Assembly: GCA_002727315.1 (NCBI GenBank)
Contig: PBWR01000006.1
Span: forward strand, 256,094 to 320,093
From: Alphaproteobacteria bacterium
GTDB taxonomy: Bacteria; Pseudomonadota; Alphaproteobacteria; UBA6615
Length of the DNA: 64,000 nucleotides
Direction: 5' to 3'
Below the pieces are notes generated by a model. That model saw nothing but the letters and a program-made list of their open reading frames with translations. It was not told where the DNA came from and did no database searches. The position numbers and the translations under genes were made by a program. Below, one piece after another: positions 43,191 through 52,904 of this stretch; the stretch's first letter is position 1, and each line of letters opens with the position of its first letter.

Positions 43191-43836
43191 GATAGGATTC
43201 CCAGAGATCCGCGGTCACTGTGTGGTTCACGTCGGCATCGTCACCCCAGAGCTCCCGGGCATCAAACCGTACCGCATACAAATGCTCCGGCGCGTCCGCG
43301 GTGAGCGTCGCGCTGACATCGGGCAGCACATGGACGCCATGCCGGAGGACGACCTCGCCAACTCGGTCGCGCATATAGCGTGGCAGGCGGGTATGGCCGG
43401 AATGCATGTTGCGGGCCGTGCGCACCTGGTCTCCCACGGCGAAAGCGGCTGTGGCCTCGATATCCCGCGCGCTGGGGCGGCCCTTGGGCATAAACGACAG
43501 AAGCCCCTTCGGGTCGACCGGCGGGGTCTGTTTTCCCGCTGCCGGATCGGGCCGGCCCGCGGCGACTTCATCGCGGGTAATCAGGCCCTTCTCCACCGAA
43601 ATGTTCACCAGACCGGCCGCCCATTTCTCGTAGTAGCTCAAGGACAGGTATTCCGCCGGCGGCAGCCGCTCGAGCGAATGGCGGTTGGCATCGATGTTCC
43701 ACTTGCCCCAGAACCCCATCAGGACGCGCATCGCCAGAACCCGAGATTCCCAGTCATGATGAAAGACAGGTTCGTCTTGCTCCACCGGGACGGGGCCGAA
43801 CCCCTCGACACCACCGAGATCGTGCACGCTGTCCAT
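43174..43836 (-). CDS. nthB: nitrile hydratase beta subunit
   Basis: 220 aa beginning [36 protein letters not shown]. Confidence 0.9.
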   Translation of the reverse strand: MDSVHDLGGVEGFGPVPVEQDEPVFHHDWESRVLAMRVLMGFWGKWNIDANRHSLERLPPAEYLSLSYYEKWAAGLVNISVEKGLITRDEVAAGRPDPAAGKQTPPVDPKGLLSFMPKGRPSARDIEATAAFAVGDQVRTARNMHSGHTRLPRYMRDRVGEVVLRHGVHVLPDVSATLTADAPEHLYAVRFDARELWGDDADVNHTVTADLWESYLAPAG

Positions 43837-44459
43837 CAGGCACCTCCCGGCGCGAAGACCAGCCCGGTACCGATCATGGAATCGCGGGTCACAAGCGCCG
43901 CCAGCTCATCTTCCGACAGATCGTCCGTTCCGGCTGGGCGTTGAGGAATTACGAGATAACGGATTTCGGCAGTAGAATCCCAGACGCGCGTCTCGGTCTC
44001 AGCCGGCAGCGTGACACCGAAATCCGACAGCACGCCGCGCGGGTCACGGACCGCCCGCGCACGATACTCGGTCGATTTGTACCAGGCCGGCGGGAGACCA
44101 AGCACGGGCCACGGATAACAGGAACAAAGTGTGCAGACGACGATGTTGTGGACAGCATCGGTGTTCTCCACCGCGACCATGTGCTCGCCCTGCATGCCGG
44201 AAAATCCGAGCTCGGCGATCGCCGCCGTGGCGTCATCCATCAGCCGCGACCGGTAGTCCGGATCGACCCATGCACGCGCTACCACCCGGGCACCGTTCTG
44301 CGGCCCGATATCGTTGGAATAGGCCTCGATGATGGCCTCCATGGCCTTCGGATCGACCAGGCCCTTATCCACCAGGAGCGTCTCGATCGCCCGCACCCGA
44401 AGCGCCGGCTCCGAAGGCAGGAGCGAGTGGGCGTGGGTGTGTTCCTCGTCTTTCGACAT
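43836..44459 (-). CDS. nthA: nitrile hydratase alpha subunit, cobalt-type signature
   Basis: ORF 43836..44570 trimmed to ATG 44459 (AGGACGA RBS). The metal site is [23 protein letters not shown]. Confidence 0.9.
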   Translation of the reverse strand: MSKDEEHTHAHSLLPSEPALRVRAIETLLVDKGLVDPKAMEAIIEAYSNDIGPQNGARVVARAWVDPDYRSRLMDDATAAIAELGFSGMQGEHMVAVENTDAVHNIVVCTLCSCYPWPVLGLPPAWYKSTEYRARAVRDPRGVLSDFGVTLPAETETRVWDSTAEIRYLVIPQRPAGTDDLSEDELAALVTRDSMIGTGLVFAPGGA

Positions 44460-44470
44460 GCGCGATCGTC

Positions 44471-45010
44471 CTATTGATCCGGGAACACCGGGTGCCAAAG
44501 ACGGCGGTCGGTATCCTTTTCGTATCCCTTGCCGTCGGGAAAGCAGACCAGTTCGAATTGCATGCCCCAAGGCGCCAGAAAATAGACCCAGCTCTGGCCC
44601 GCACTCGGTCCGTCGGTGCGCACCGTCGGCTCACCCAAGATGCGAACATTGTGGGCCCGCAAGTGTTCCAGCGCAGCGTCCATGTCATCGACATAGAACG
44701 CCAGATGATGGCCACCGATATCACTGTTCAGGGGCTGCTTCGGATTCTGGTCTGGTGACTCGTACTCGAAGAGTTCGAAGTTGGAGCCGTTGGCGCAGCG
44801 CAGAAACTTGAGCTTCTTCATCACCGCGCGCGGATGCACGTTTAGGCGTTCGGTCATCCAGTCATCGTCGAACTTGAACGGTCCGATCTCGTAGAACGGC
44901 TCGCACCCGATCACGTCAACAAAGAAGGCCACGGCCTCCTCCAGGTCCGGGACGGTGAAACCGATATGGTCAGTACCCCTAAGGCCGGGAAGGCCTTTCG
45001 ATGCACTCAT
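44471..45010 (-). CDS. VOC (glyoxalase / bleomycin resistance / extradiol dioxygenase) family protein
   Basis: ORF 44471..45151 trimmed to ATG 45010 (GGGGG RBS, 10 nt after the E1 stop). It contains [21 protein letters not shown] and [17 protein letters not shown]. Confidence 0.75.
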   Translation of the reverse strand: MSASKGLPGLRGTDHIGFTVPDLEEAVAFFVDVIGCEPFYEIGPFKFDDDWMTERLNVHPRAVMKKLKFLRCANGSNFELFEYESPDQNPKQPLNSDIGGHHLAFYVDDMDAALEHLRAHNVRILGEPTVRTDGPSAGQSWVYFLAPWGMQFELVCFPDGKGYEKDTDRRLWHPVFPDQ

Positions 45011-45020
45011 CGTCTGCCCC

Positions 45021-47216
45021 CTACTGCGCCGCCATCTGGCCAAGGCCCATATCGGCCATAATCTCGGCATAACCCGCGCGGATTTCTTCCTCGCCCACGA
45101 ACGCCGAACGCTCCAGCACCTTTGACACGCTCGGCGAGGATTCGCCCCCATGGATGCGTTTCACCGGCTGATCGAGATAATCGAAGAAACGACGCTGAAT
45201 CTCATCCGTCAGCATGGCACCATAGGACACGGTCAACGGGCCCTGCTCGACCACCACCAGATTGTTGGTCTTGCGGATACTCTCGCCAATGCACTCCCAG
45301 TCGATCCCAGCCCGGTCGAGAGACCGCAAATCGATCACCTCGACATCGAGGCCCATCTCATCGGCGCTGTTGATCGCCATGGCAGTCATGGCGGAATAGG
45401 TCAGGACCGTGAAGCTGTTGCCCGGCCGCACCACCTTCGCCTTGCCGAGGGGAATGTAATAGTCGAAGTCCTCCGCCGGACCCGGGCCATCCTTAGTATA
45501 GAGACCGACATGCTCGATCACGAGCACCGGATCCTCGCACTGCAGAGCGCTGTTCATCAACCCGACATAGTCGAAGGGCGTCGACGGCGCGACGATACGC
45601 CAGCCCGGCCACTGGGCATAGAGCCCGGCAGGGTCCATGGAGTGTTGCGAACCGTAACCGGAGCCGAGCGCGATCTTAGTCCGGACCACGACTGGCATAT
45701 TGGTGTCGCCGCCGAACATGTGGCGCGCCTTGCCGATCTGGTTGAAAAGCTGATCGGCCGCCACCAATGCAAAGTCGGGATACATGAGCTCGACAACCGG
45801 CCGATAGGTGCCCTCCATGGCAGCGCCGCCCGCCAGGCCGGTGAAGCCGAGTTCGGAAATCGGGGTCCCCACGGTCCGGTCCGGGAAGCGATCGAACAGG
45901 CCCTTCGTGGCGCCGTTGGTGCCGCCACGCAGACGATGGATGTCTTCCCCAATACAGAAGATTCGTTCATCCGTCTCCATGCGCCGGTTCATGACGCCGG
46001 AGCAGGCCTCGACATACTTAATCTCTTTGATCTCGCCGGAAAACGTCTCCAGCTCCTCGTAGCGAACGCCGTCGAACTCCGACATATCACCGCGCAATCC
46101 CTCGTCGCGGAAGGCCGTGTCGGGCCAGAGCGCCGGGATGATCTGGCGCTGGTTGCCGTCCTGCTCGGTGAGCTGGCCGGCGGCGCGCTGCATGATCTCC
46201 TGGGCGCCGGCGCGCATCTGCGCATCGCCATCCTCGTCGATCCAGTCCCGCTTGATCGCCTCCTTGGCAATCTTTGTCAGGGGATCGCGGGACCGCCACT
46301 CCGCCTCCTCTTCCTTGTCGCGGTAGCCGAAGGCGCTGCCCGCAATTCCGCCGCCGTGATGGAAGTAGCGATAGACTTCGGCCTCGATGATCACCGGGCC
46401 CTCACCGGCCCGCATCAGGTCGACCGCTTCCTGGGCTGCGACGCGCACGGCGATCGGGTCCATGCCGTCGACCCGGAACGACGGGATACCGTAGGCGAGG
46501 CCGCGTGAGGATAATCGGGTCTCGCGCGTCTCTTCTTCCAGGGTGGTCGAGACGGCATAGCCGTTGTTCTCGATGAAAAAGCAAATCGGCAGATCCCAGA
46601 GTGCGGCGAGGTTCAGGGATTCGGGGATCGAGCCGATATTGACCGCCCCGTCACCGAAGAAGGTGAAGACAACGTCGCCCTCGCCCTTGCGCTTGCGCGC
46701 CCAGGCAACGCCGTTCGCCAAGGGCACACCGCCGCCGACGATGGCATTGGTGCCCAGCGCCCCAGCCTCTTCCCATCGCAGGTGCATCGAGCCGCCACGG
46801 CCCTTGCAGTACCCGTCGGCCAGACCCAGGATTTCCGCCAGGCTTCGCCGCAGTAACGTCTCCACATCACCCGATGGCGGGGTTGTGCGCGGATCGGGCG
46901 CCCCCTCATCCACATAGCGCAGCGCCTTGGCGAGGAACTGATGATGGCCGCGATGCGAGCCGGTAATCTGGTCGCTGCCGCGCATCGCCGCAATGGCACC
47001 GACCGCGCCGCCATCCTGTCCGATGCTCGAATGGGCCGGACCGTGAATCAGGCCCTCACCGTCCAGCTCCAACACCGTTTCCTCGAACGCGCGAACCAGG
47101 TGCAGATGCTGCAGCATCCGGATCACCTCATCCTCGCCGACAGTGTCCCAGTCCTTGGCCGTGGAGCGTATTTCCTTCCACGGTGCCTCGGGGCTCAGGT
47201 TGATGTGTTTCACCAT
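45021..47216 (-). CDS. ThDP-dependent 2-oxoacid dehydrogenase E1 component, alpha and beta subunits fused (paralogue of 23561-25596)
   Basis: ORF 45021..47249. ATG 47216 has an AGGAG RBS. The alpha part reads HLVRAFEETV...GPAHSSIGQDGGAVG...FFGDGAVNIGSIPESLNLAALWDLPICFFIENNGYA. The beta part reads RTVGTPISELGFTGLAGGAAMEGTYRPVVE. Confidence 0.85.
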   Translation of the reverse strand: MVKHINLSPEAPWKEIRSTAKDWDTVGEDEVIRMLQHLHLVRAFEETVLELDGEGLIHGPAHSSIGQDGGAVGAIAAMRGSDQITGSHRGHHQFLAKALRYVDEGAPDPRTTPPSGDVETLLRRSLAEILGLADGYCKGRGGSMHLRWEEAGALGTNAIVGGGVPLANGVAWARKRKGEGDVVFTFFGDGAVNIGSIPESLNLAALWDLPICFFIENNGYAVSTTLEEETRETRLSSRGLAYGIPSFRVDGMDPIAVRVAAQEAVDLMRAGEGPVIIEAEVYRYFHHGGGIAGSAFGYRDKEEEAEWRSRDPLTKIAKEAIKRDWIDEDGDAQMRAGAQEIMQRAAGQLTEQDGNQRQIIPALWPDTAFRDEGLRGDMSEFDGVRYEELETFSGEIKEIKYVEACSGVMNRRMETDERIFCIGEDIHRLRGGTNGATKGLFDRFPDRTVGTPISELGFTGLAGGAAMEGTYRPVVELMYPDFALVAADQLFNQIGKARHMFGGDTNMPVVVRTKIALGSGYGSQHSMDPAGLYAQWPGWRIVAPSTPFDYVGLMNSALQCEDPVLVIEHVGLYTKDGPGPAEDFDYYIPLGKAKVVRPGNSFTVLTYSAMTAMAINSADEMGLDVEVIDLRSLDRAGIDWECIGESIRKTNNLVVVEQGPLTVSYGAMLTDEIQRRFFDYLDQPVKRIHGGESSPSVSKVLERSAFVGEEEIRAGYAEIMADMGLGQMAAQ

Positions 47217-47321
47217 GCTTGGCTCCTGCGTTGATCCACCGCCACACAACTGTCCATCTCTATGTGGACCGGGGGTCGGCCGTGAATCGGATACTGAACA
47301 ATTGACGGGCCCATGCGGATC

Positions 47322-48494
47322 TCAGACCTGGGCCGGCATTCCGGCTCCCGCCGCAACGGTCCGGGCCGCGACACGCTCGATCAGCTCGAACGAATCCTCG
47401 ATATAGGCCTGATCCAGCCCCCGGGTGATGAACACGATCCGGGTGCGAAGATCTTCGGTCGGCCAGTCAGGCAACCATTCCAGGGAGTGGAAGATCTGCT
47501 GGGCGCCCTGGATCACCGCCGGGGTTTCCGGGCGCTCCTCCACATTGACGATCCCCTTGACCCGAAGAAGATCGGGACCGGCTTCGTTGGCCAGCGCGTC
47601 GAGGAACATCCGCAGCGTATCCATTGAAACCGGCTTTTCACGAACCAAGCAGAAAGAGTTGATCAGCGGATCATGGGCGTGGTGATGATGTTCATGATTG
47701 TCCGCCTCGTCACTGGGCCGGTGCCCATAGCTCTCGTAATAGTCCCGGGTTTCGTCTTCCGAGCGGCGGCTCTGAGGCAGCCGCACCTCCTGGGCGGGCG
47801 CATCGTCATCGCGAATATAGGCCTCGGCCCGCAGCCAAGCTTCAACATCGGCCGTGTTGGTTCTCGGATCGAGCAAGCCGTGACCGAACAGATCAGACGG
47901 CTGAATGTCGCGGGCGTCTGCCTGGACGATATTGGCGCCCGGGTTCATGGCTTTCAGGCGGGTCTCGAGAGCGCCGATCTGTTCGTCGCGCACCGCTTCG
48001 TCCAGCAGATCGCTCTTAGTGATGAATATCCGGTCTGCGATGGCCGCCTGCTTGACCGATTCCGGGAACCGGTCGAGGGAATCTTGGCCGTTAACCGCAT
48101 CGATCGTCGTGACCACGCCGTCAAGCCCATAGACATTACTAACAAGCGGATCGGTCAGAATGATCTGCAGCACCGGGCCAGGGTCGGCGATACCCGTGGT
48201 CTCAATCACCACCCGGTCGAACTTGGGGAAATTACCGCTCAGCCGCATCAGGTGCAGGTCCCGGAAGGTGTCGATCAGGTCGCTCTTGACGGTGCAGCAT
48301 AGGCACCCGTTCTCAAGCTGGACGACGGATTCATCACTGCTCTCTACCAGGTCATAGTCGAGCCCGATCTCGCCGAACTCATTCACGATAACCGCCGCCT
48401 GGGACATGTCGGAATGCTGCAGCAGGGCGTTCAGCAGCGTGGTCTTCCCGCTGCCGAGGAAGCCCGTGATGAGCGTAACTTGTATTCGTGCCAT
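47322..48494 (-). CDS. COG0523 / CobW-family metallochaperone GTPase with a His-rich insert
   Basis: ORF 47322..48734 trimmed to ATG 48494 (AAGGGCGA RBS). It has Walker A GFLGSGKTT, the CxCC motif ENGCLCCTV and the His stretch DEADNHEHHHHAHD. Confidence 0.85.
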   Translation of the reverse strand: MARIQVTLITGFLGSGKTTLLNALLQHSDMSQAAVIVNEFGEIGLDYDLVESSDESVVQLENGCLCCTVKSDLIDTFRDLHLMRLSGNFPKFDRVVIETTGIADPGPVLQIILTDPLVSNVYGLDGVVTTIDAVNGQDSLDRFPESVKQAAIADRIFITKSDLLDEAVRDEQIGALETRLKAMNPGANIVQADARDIQPSDLFGHGLLDPRTNTADVEAWLRAEAYIRDDDAPAQEVRLPQSRRSEDETRDYYESYGHRPSDEADNHEHHHHAHDPLINSFCLVREKPVSMDTLRMFLDALANEAGPDLLRVKGIVNVEERPETPAVIQGAQQIFHSLEWLPDWPTEDLRTRIVFITRGLDQAYIEDSFELIERVAARTVAAGAGMPAQV

Positions 48495-48541
48495 GACTGT
48501 CGCCCTTACTCGTCTACATCTTTCACGGCGGACCGCGGCGG

Positions 48542-49444
48542 CTACTTGTCCGATCCGGAATCCAGGCCCGAGAGCTGTTCCATCAGCGTCACATAGGCGA
48601 AGAAATCCATCTCGCCCCGCCCTGTCGCCTCCATGGCGCTCCAGTGCTGACGGACCAGTGCCGTGATGGGCAGCGGAATGCTCTCCTCCCGTGCCGTGTC
48701 CAGCGCGAGATTGAAATCCTTGGCCATCATCCAAGCCGGAAAGGCCGGCGTGAAATCCCGGTTCTTCAGGGTGTCGACCTTGTAGTTGATCAGTGGCGAC
48801 GCTACGGCGCTGCTGCTGATGATCTCGATCATCTGATCCCAGTCGAGACCGCCCTTCTCACCCAGTGTGAGTGCTTCGGCCATCATGCCCGCGGTGATCC
48901 CGACCATCATGTTGATGGCCAACTTGAGAAACCGGGCTTCCTCGGCCTCACCAACATGAAACAGGCTGCCGCCCATAGCTCCGAACAGCGCCAGGCTTTC
49001 GTTGTATTTCTGCTTCGGACCGGATGCAAAGATGGTCAGCGTTCCGGCAGTCGCCAGACCGATGGAGCCCGAGACGGGCGCCCGCAAATACGCGATATCC
49101 TTTTCCGCGGCGGCCGCCGCCACGCGCACCGACATGGCCGGCGAGACCGTGCTCATGTCGATGAACAATGCGCCCGCAGGCATATGTGCGAAGACGCCGT
49201 CCTCCCCCAGCGCCACGGCCTCGAGCGCCACATCATCGGAGATCATGGTCACAAGGGTCTCGGACCAGCGCGCCAGGTCGGACGCGCTCTCCGCTACGGT
49301 AGCGCCGGCAGACTCGATCGCCTGCGTCTTCTCCCGGGACCGGTTGAAGACCTGCAGCGGGAACCCAGCCTGCAATACATTCTGGGCCATGGGTTCCCCC
49401 ATCATGCCCAGACCGATCCAGCCGATCTTCGTGTTGTTCGCCAT
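48542..49444 (-). CDS. NAD(P)-dependent oxidoreductase, 3-hydroxyisobutyrate dehydrogenase family
   Basis: 300 aa with the Rossmann N-terminus KIGWIGLGMMGEPMAQNVLQAGFPLQVFNRS. Confidence 0.85.
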   Translation of the reverse strand: MANNTKIGWIGLGMMGEPMAQNVLQAGFPLQVFNRSREKTQAIESAGATVAESASDLARWSETLVTMISDDVALEAVALGEDGVFAHMPAGALFIDMSTVSPAMSVRVAAAAAEKDIAYLRAPVSGSIGLATAGTLTIFASGPKQKYNESLALFGAMGGSLFHVGEAEEARFLKLAINMMVGITAGMMAEALTLGEKGGLDWDQMIEIISSSAVASPLINYKVDTLKNRDFTPAFPAWMMAKDFNLALDTAREESIPLPITALVRQHWSAMEATGRGEMDFFAYVTLMEQLSGLDSGSDK

Positions 49445-49468
49445 GCCGGGAGCCGCCCCTGCGACGGG

Positions 49469-50722
49469 CTAGAGGATTTCGCAGCCCGGCAGGCCGCAGG
49501 AAATAAGATGGTCGCTCGGATAGTTGGTTATGATTTCGCAACCATCCGCGGTCACAACAACCTCTTCCTCGATGCGGGCCGCACCGGAGCCGTCCTCGGC
49601 ACCCTTCCAGCACTCAACCGCGAACACCATGCCCTCCTTTAGGACTGTGTCCTGGCCGGTGTAGCGGCGCGAGATGATCGGCCGTTCCCACAGGCTGAGG
49701 CCGATGCCATGACCGAACTGAAGCAGGAACGCCTCTTCCTCGTTGGCGTACCCGAACTCCTCGGCCTTCGGCCAGACCTGAGCAATCTCATCTACCGTGA
49801 CACCGGGCTTGATGGCATCGATCGCAGCGCTGACCCATTTAGAGCACTGCTCATAGGCCTCCTTCTGGGCTTCATTGGGAACGCCGCAGATGAAGGTCCG
49901 GTAATAGCAGGTCCGGTAGCCGTTGAAGGAGTGCATGATGTCGAGAAAGATCATGTCACCGGGCTGGATGATACGATCGGAGAAGGTGTGCGAATGCGGT
50001 GCGCCACGAGGCCCGGCGACCGAGTTCACGCACTCGACCCGCTCGGAGCCCAAGTTGTAGAGCCGCTCATGGGCAATGGCGACCAGGTCGCTCTCGCGCG
50101 TTCCGGGCCGGATCGCCGCAGCGATATCCACATAGGTCGCATCGACCATCGCGGCTGCTTGCTTGAGCAGCTCGATTTCATCGGGTGTCTTCACCTCGCG
50201 GGCGTTCAACAGGGCCTGCTGCCCGTCAACAACCTCGATACCCTCGGCCTCGAGCGCGCGCAGCATCGGCAGTTCCATGAGATCGATACCCAACGGCTGT
50301 CCTTCCAGCCCGAGGTCGGACAGCGCCTTCTTGATTTGAATGGCGAAATCGTCCTGAATTCCGTGCTTGGGCGGCAGAGCGCCCTGAAGCGTACTGATCG
50401 GCGCCGCAACGCGACCCTCCAGCCAGGGAGAACTCTTGCGCTTCGCCGGCGGTGCAGGATCCCACAAGAAGATGTCACCTTCGGCCGGGCAAATTGCGTA
50501 GCGGTCGAACTTGTCACGACCCCATTCACCGATATGGGTGCCTGTGACATAGCGTACATTGTCGTAAGTGAAACAGAGAACAGCACCCAGCCCCGCCTCT
50601 TTGACTGCGGCCTGCGCGCGCTCGGCACGGTCCTTGTTCAGCTGCTCGAAATTAATGCCAGCTTCCCAGTCCTTGCCCATGGTACCCCACGTCGCCGTGG
50701 CATGCGGCTGGTTGTAATGCAT
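49469..50722 (-). CDS. M24-family metallohydrolase (creatinase / Xaa-Pro peptidase-like, with a creatinase-type N-domain)
   Basis: 417 aa with an M24 pita-bread core (VKTPDEIELLKQAA...DIMHSFNGYRTCYYRTF...FGHGIGLSLWERP...). The substrate cannot be inferred. Confidence 0.78.
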   Translation of the reverse strand: MHYNQPHATATWGTMGKDWEAGINFEQLNKDRAERAQAAVKEAGLGAVLCFTYDNVRYVTGTHIGEWGRDKFDRYAICPAEGDIFLWDPAPPAKRKSSPWLEGRVAAPISTLQGALPPKHGIQDDFAIQIKKALSDLGLEGQPLGIDLMELPMLRALEAEGIEVVDGQQALLNAREVKTPDEIELLKQAAAMVDATYVDIAAAIRPGTRESDLVAIAHERLYNLGSERVECVNSVAGPRGAPHSHTFSDRIIQPGDMIFLDIMHSFNGYRTCYYRTFICGVPNEAQKEAYEQCSKWVSAAIDAIKPGVTVDEIAQVWPKAEEFGYANEEEAFLLQFGHGIGLSLWERPIISRRYTGQDTVLKEGMVFAVECWKGAEDGSGAARIEEEVVVTADGCEIITNYPSDHLISCGLPGCEIL

Positions 50723-50774
50723 TGGCCTCTCCCTGAATTTCAGTACCGGATTTACCCAGCATGTGTTCGTTACT

Positions 50775-50791
50775 GCTTAGTATACCTAAGC
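50775..50791. promoter_or_regulatory. palindrome GCTTAG-N5-CTAAGC upstream of the M24 operon, overlapping a TATACT -10-like box on the minus strand
   Basis: This is a perfect 6-bp-arm inverted repeat, 53-69 nt upstream of ATG 50722. Confidence 0.25.
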
Positions 50792-50863
50792 TGCCTCCCG
50801 CGAACAGTATTGAAGCATCGCGGGAAGAGGTGGCCACGATCGTTAAACTGCCCGCTCGCAGCC

Positions 50864-52112
<1,249 letters not shown>

Positions 52113-52121
52113 GCGCGGCCG

Positions 52122-52751
52122 CTAGGTCGCGTAACTGCGGTCGCCGGCATCGCCCAGGCCCGGGATGATATAGCCCTTCTCATTGAGATGTTCGTCGATG
52201 GCGCCGACGAACAGCGGCACATCCGGGTGCGCCGCATCCAGCGCGGCAATACCTTCCGGCGCGGCGAGGATGTTCACCATGCGCATGTCATGCACCCCTC
52301 GTGCCTTGAGCCGGGATATGGCGGCGACAGACGAATTGGCCGTCGCCAACATCGGATCGACGATCAGGACCGGCCTTTCCGAGATATCGGGCGGTCCGTT
52401 GAAGTAGTACTCCACCGCCTCCAGCGTGTCGTGATCGCGATAAATGCCGATATGGGACACGCCGGCATTAGGAATTAGTTCCAGCGCCGCATCCAGCATG
52501 ACGTTTCCCGCCCGCATGATGGACACCAGCACCAGCCGCGGATCGGCGAGCACGGGTGCGGTCATTCCGGTCATCGGGGTTTTGATCTCCCGGTCCACGA
52601 GTTTCTGGTCCCGGGTCGCGTCATACAGCATCAACTGTGAAATCTCCCGCACCAGAAGCCGGAAAATGACCGGCTGGGTGTCCTTGTCGCGCAGCAGCGT
52701 AATCTTGTGCTGCACCAGCGGATGGTCGATGACGGTTGTGTTGGCGGCCAT
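52122..52751 (-). CDS. upp: uracil phosphoribosyltransferase
   Basis: 209 aa containing VIDHPLVQHKITLLRDKDT, the PRPP loop VLIVDPMLATANS and YIIPGLGDAGDR. Confidence 0.93.
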   Translation of the reverse strand: MAANTTVIDHPLVQHKITLLRDKDTQPVIFRLLVREISQLMLYDATRDQKLVDREIKTPMTGMTAPVLADPRLVLVSIMRAGNVMLDAALELIPNAGVSHIGIYRDHDTLEAVEYYFNGPPDISERPVLIVDPMLATANSSVAAISRLKARGVHDMRMVNILAAPEGIAALDAAHPDVPLFVGAIDEHLNEKGYIIPGLGDAGDRSYAT

Positions 52752-52904
52752 GGAAATTCCTCAGTCCCTCTACCCGGAAAAATTCTGCCCGAGGCGGCGG
52801 CAAAATGCGAGCGCCCCAAGGGGAAACCGCGGTTGTGTCGCCGGGACCGGCTCTGCAATTGTTGGCCGGTAACCGCGTGCAATCCCGACGCCAAGGACGA
52901 CCCC

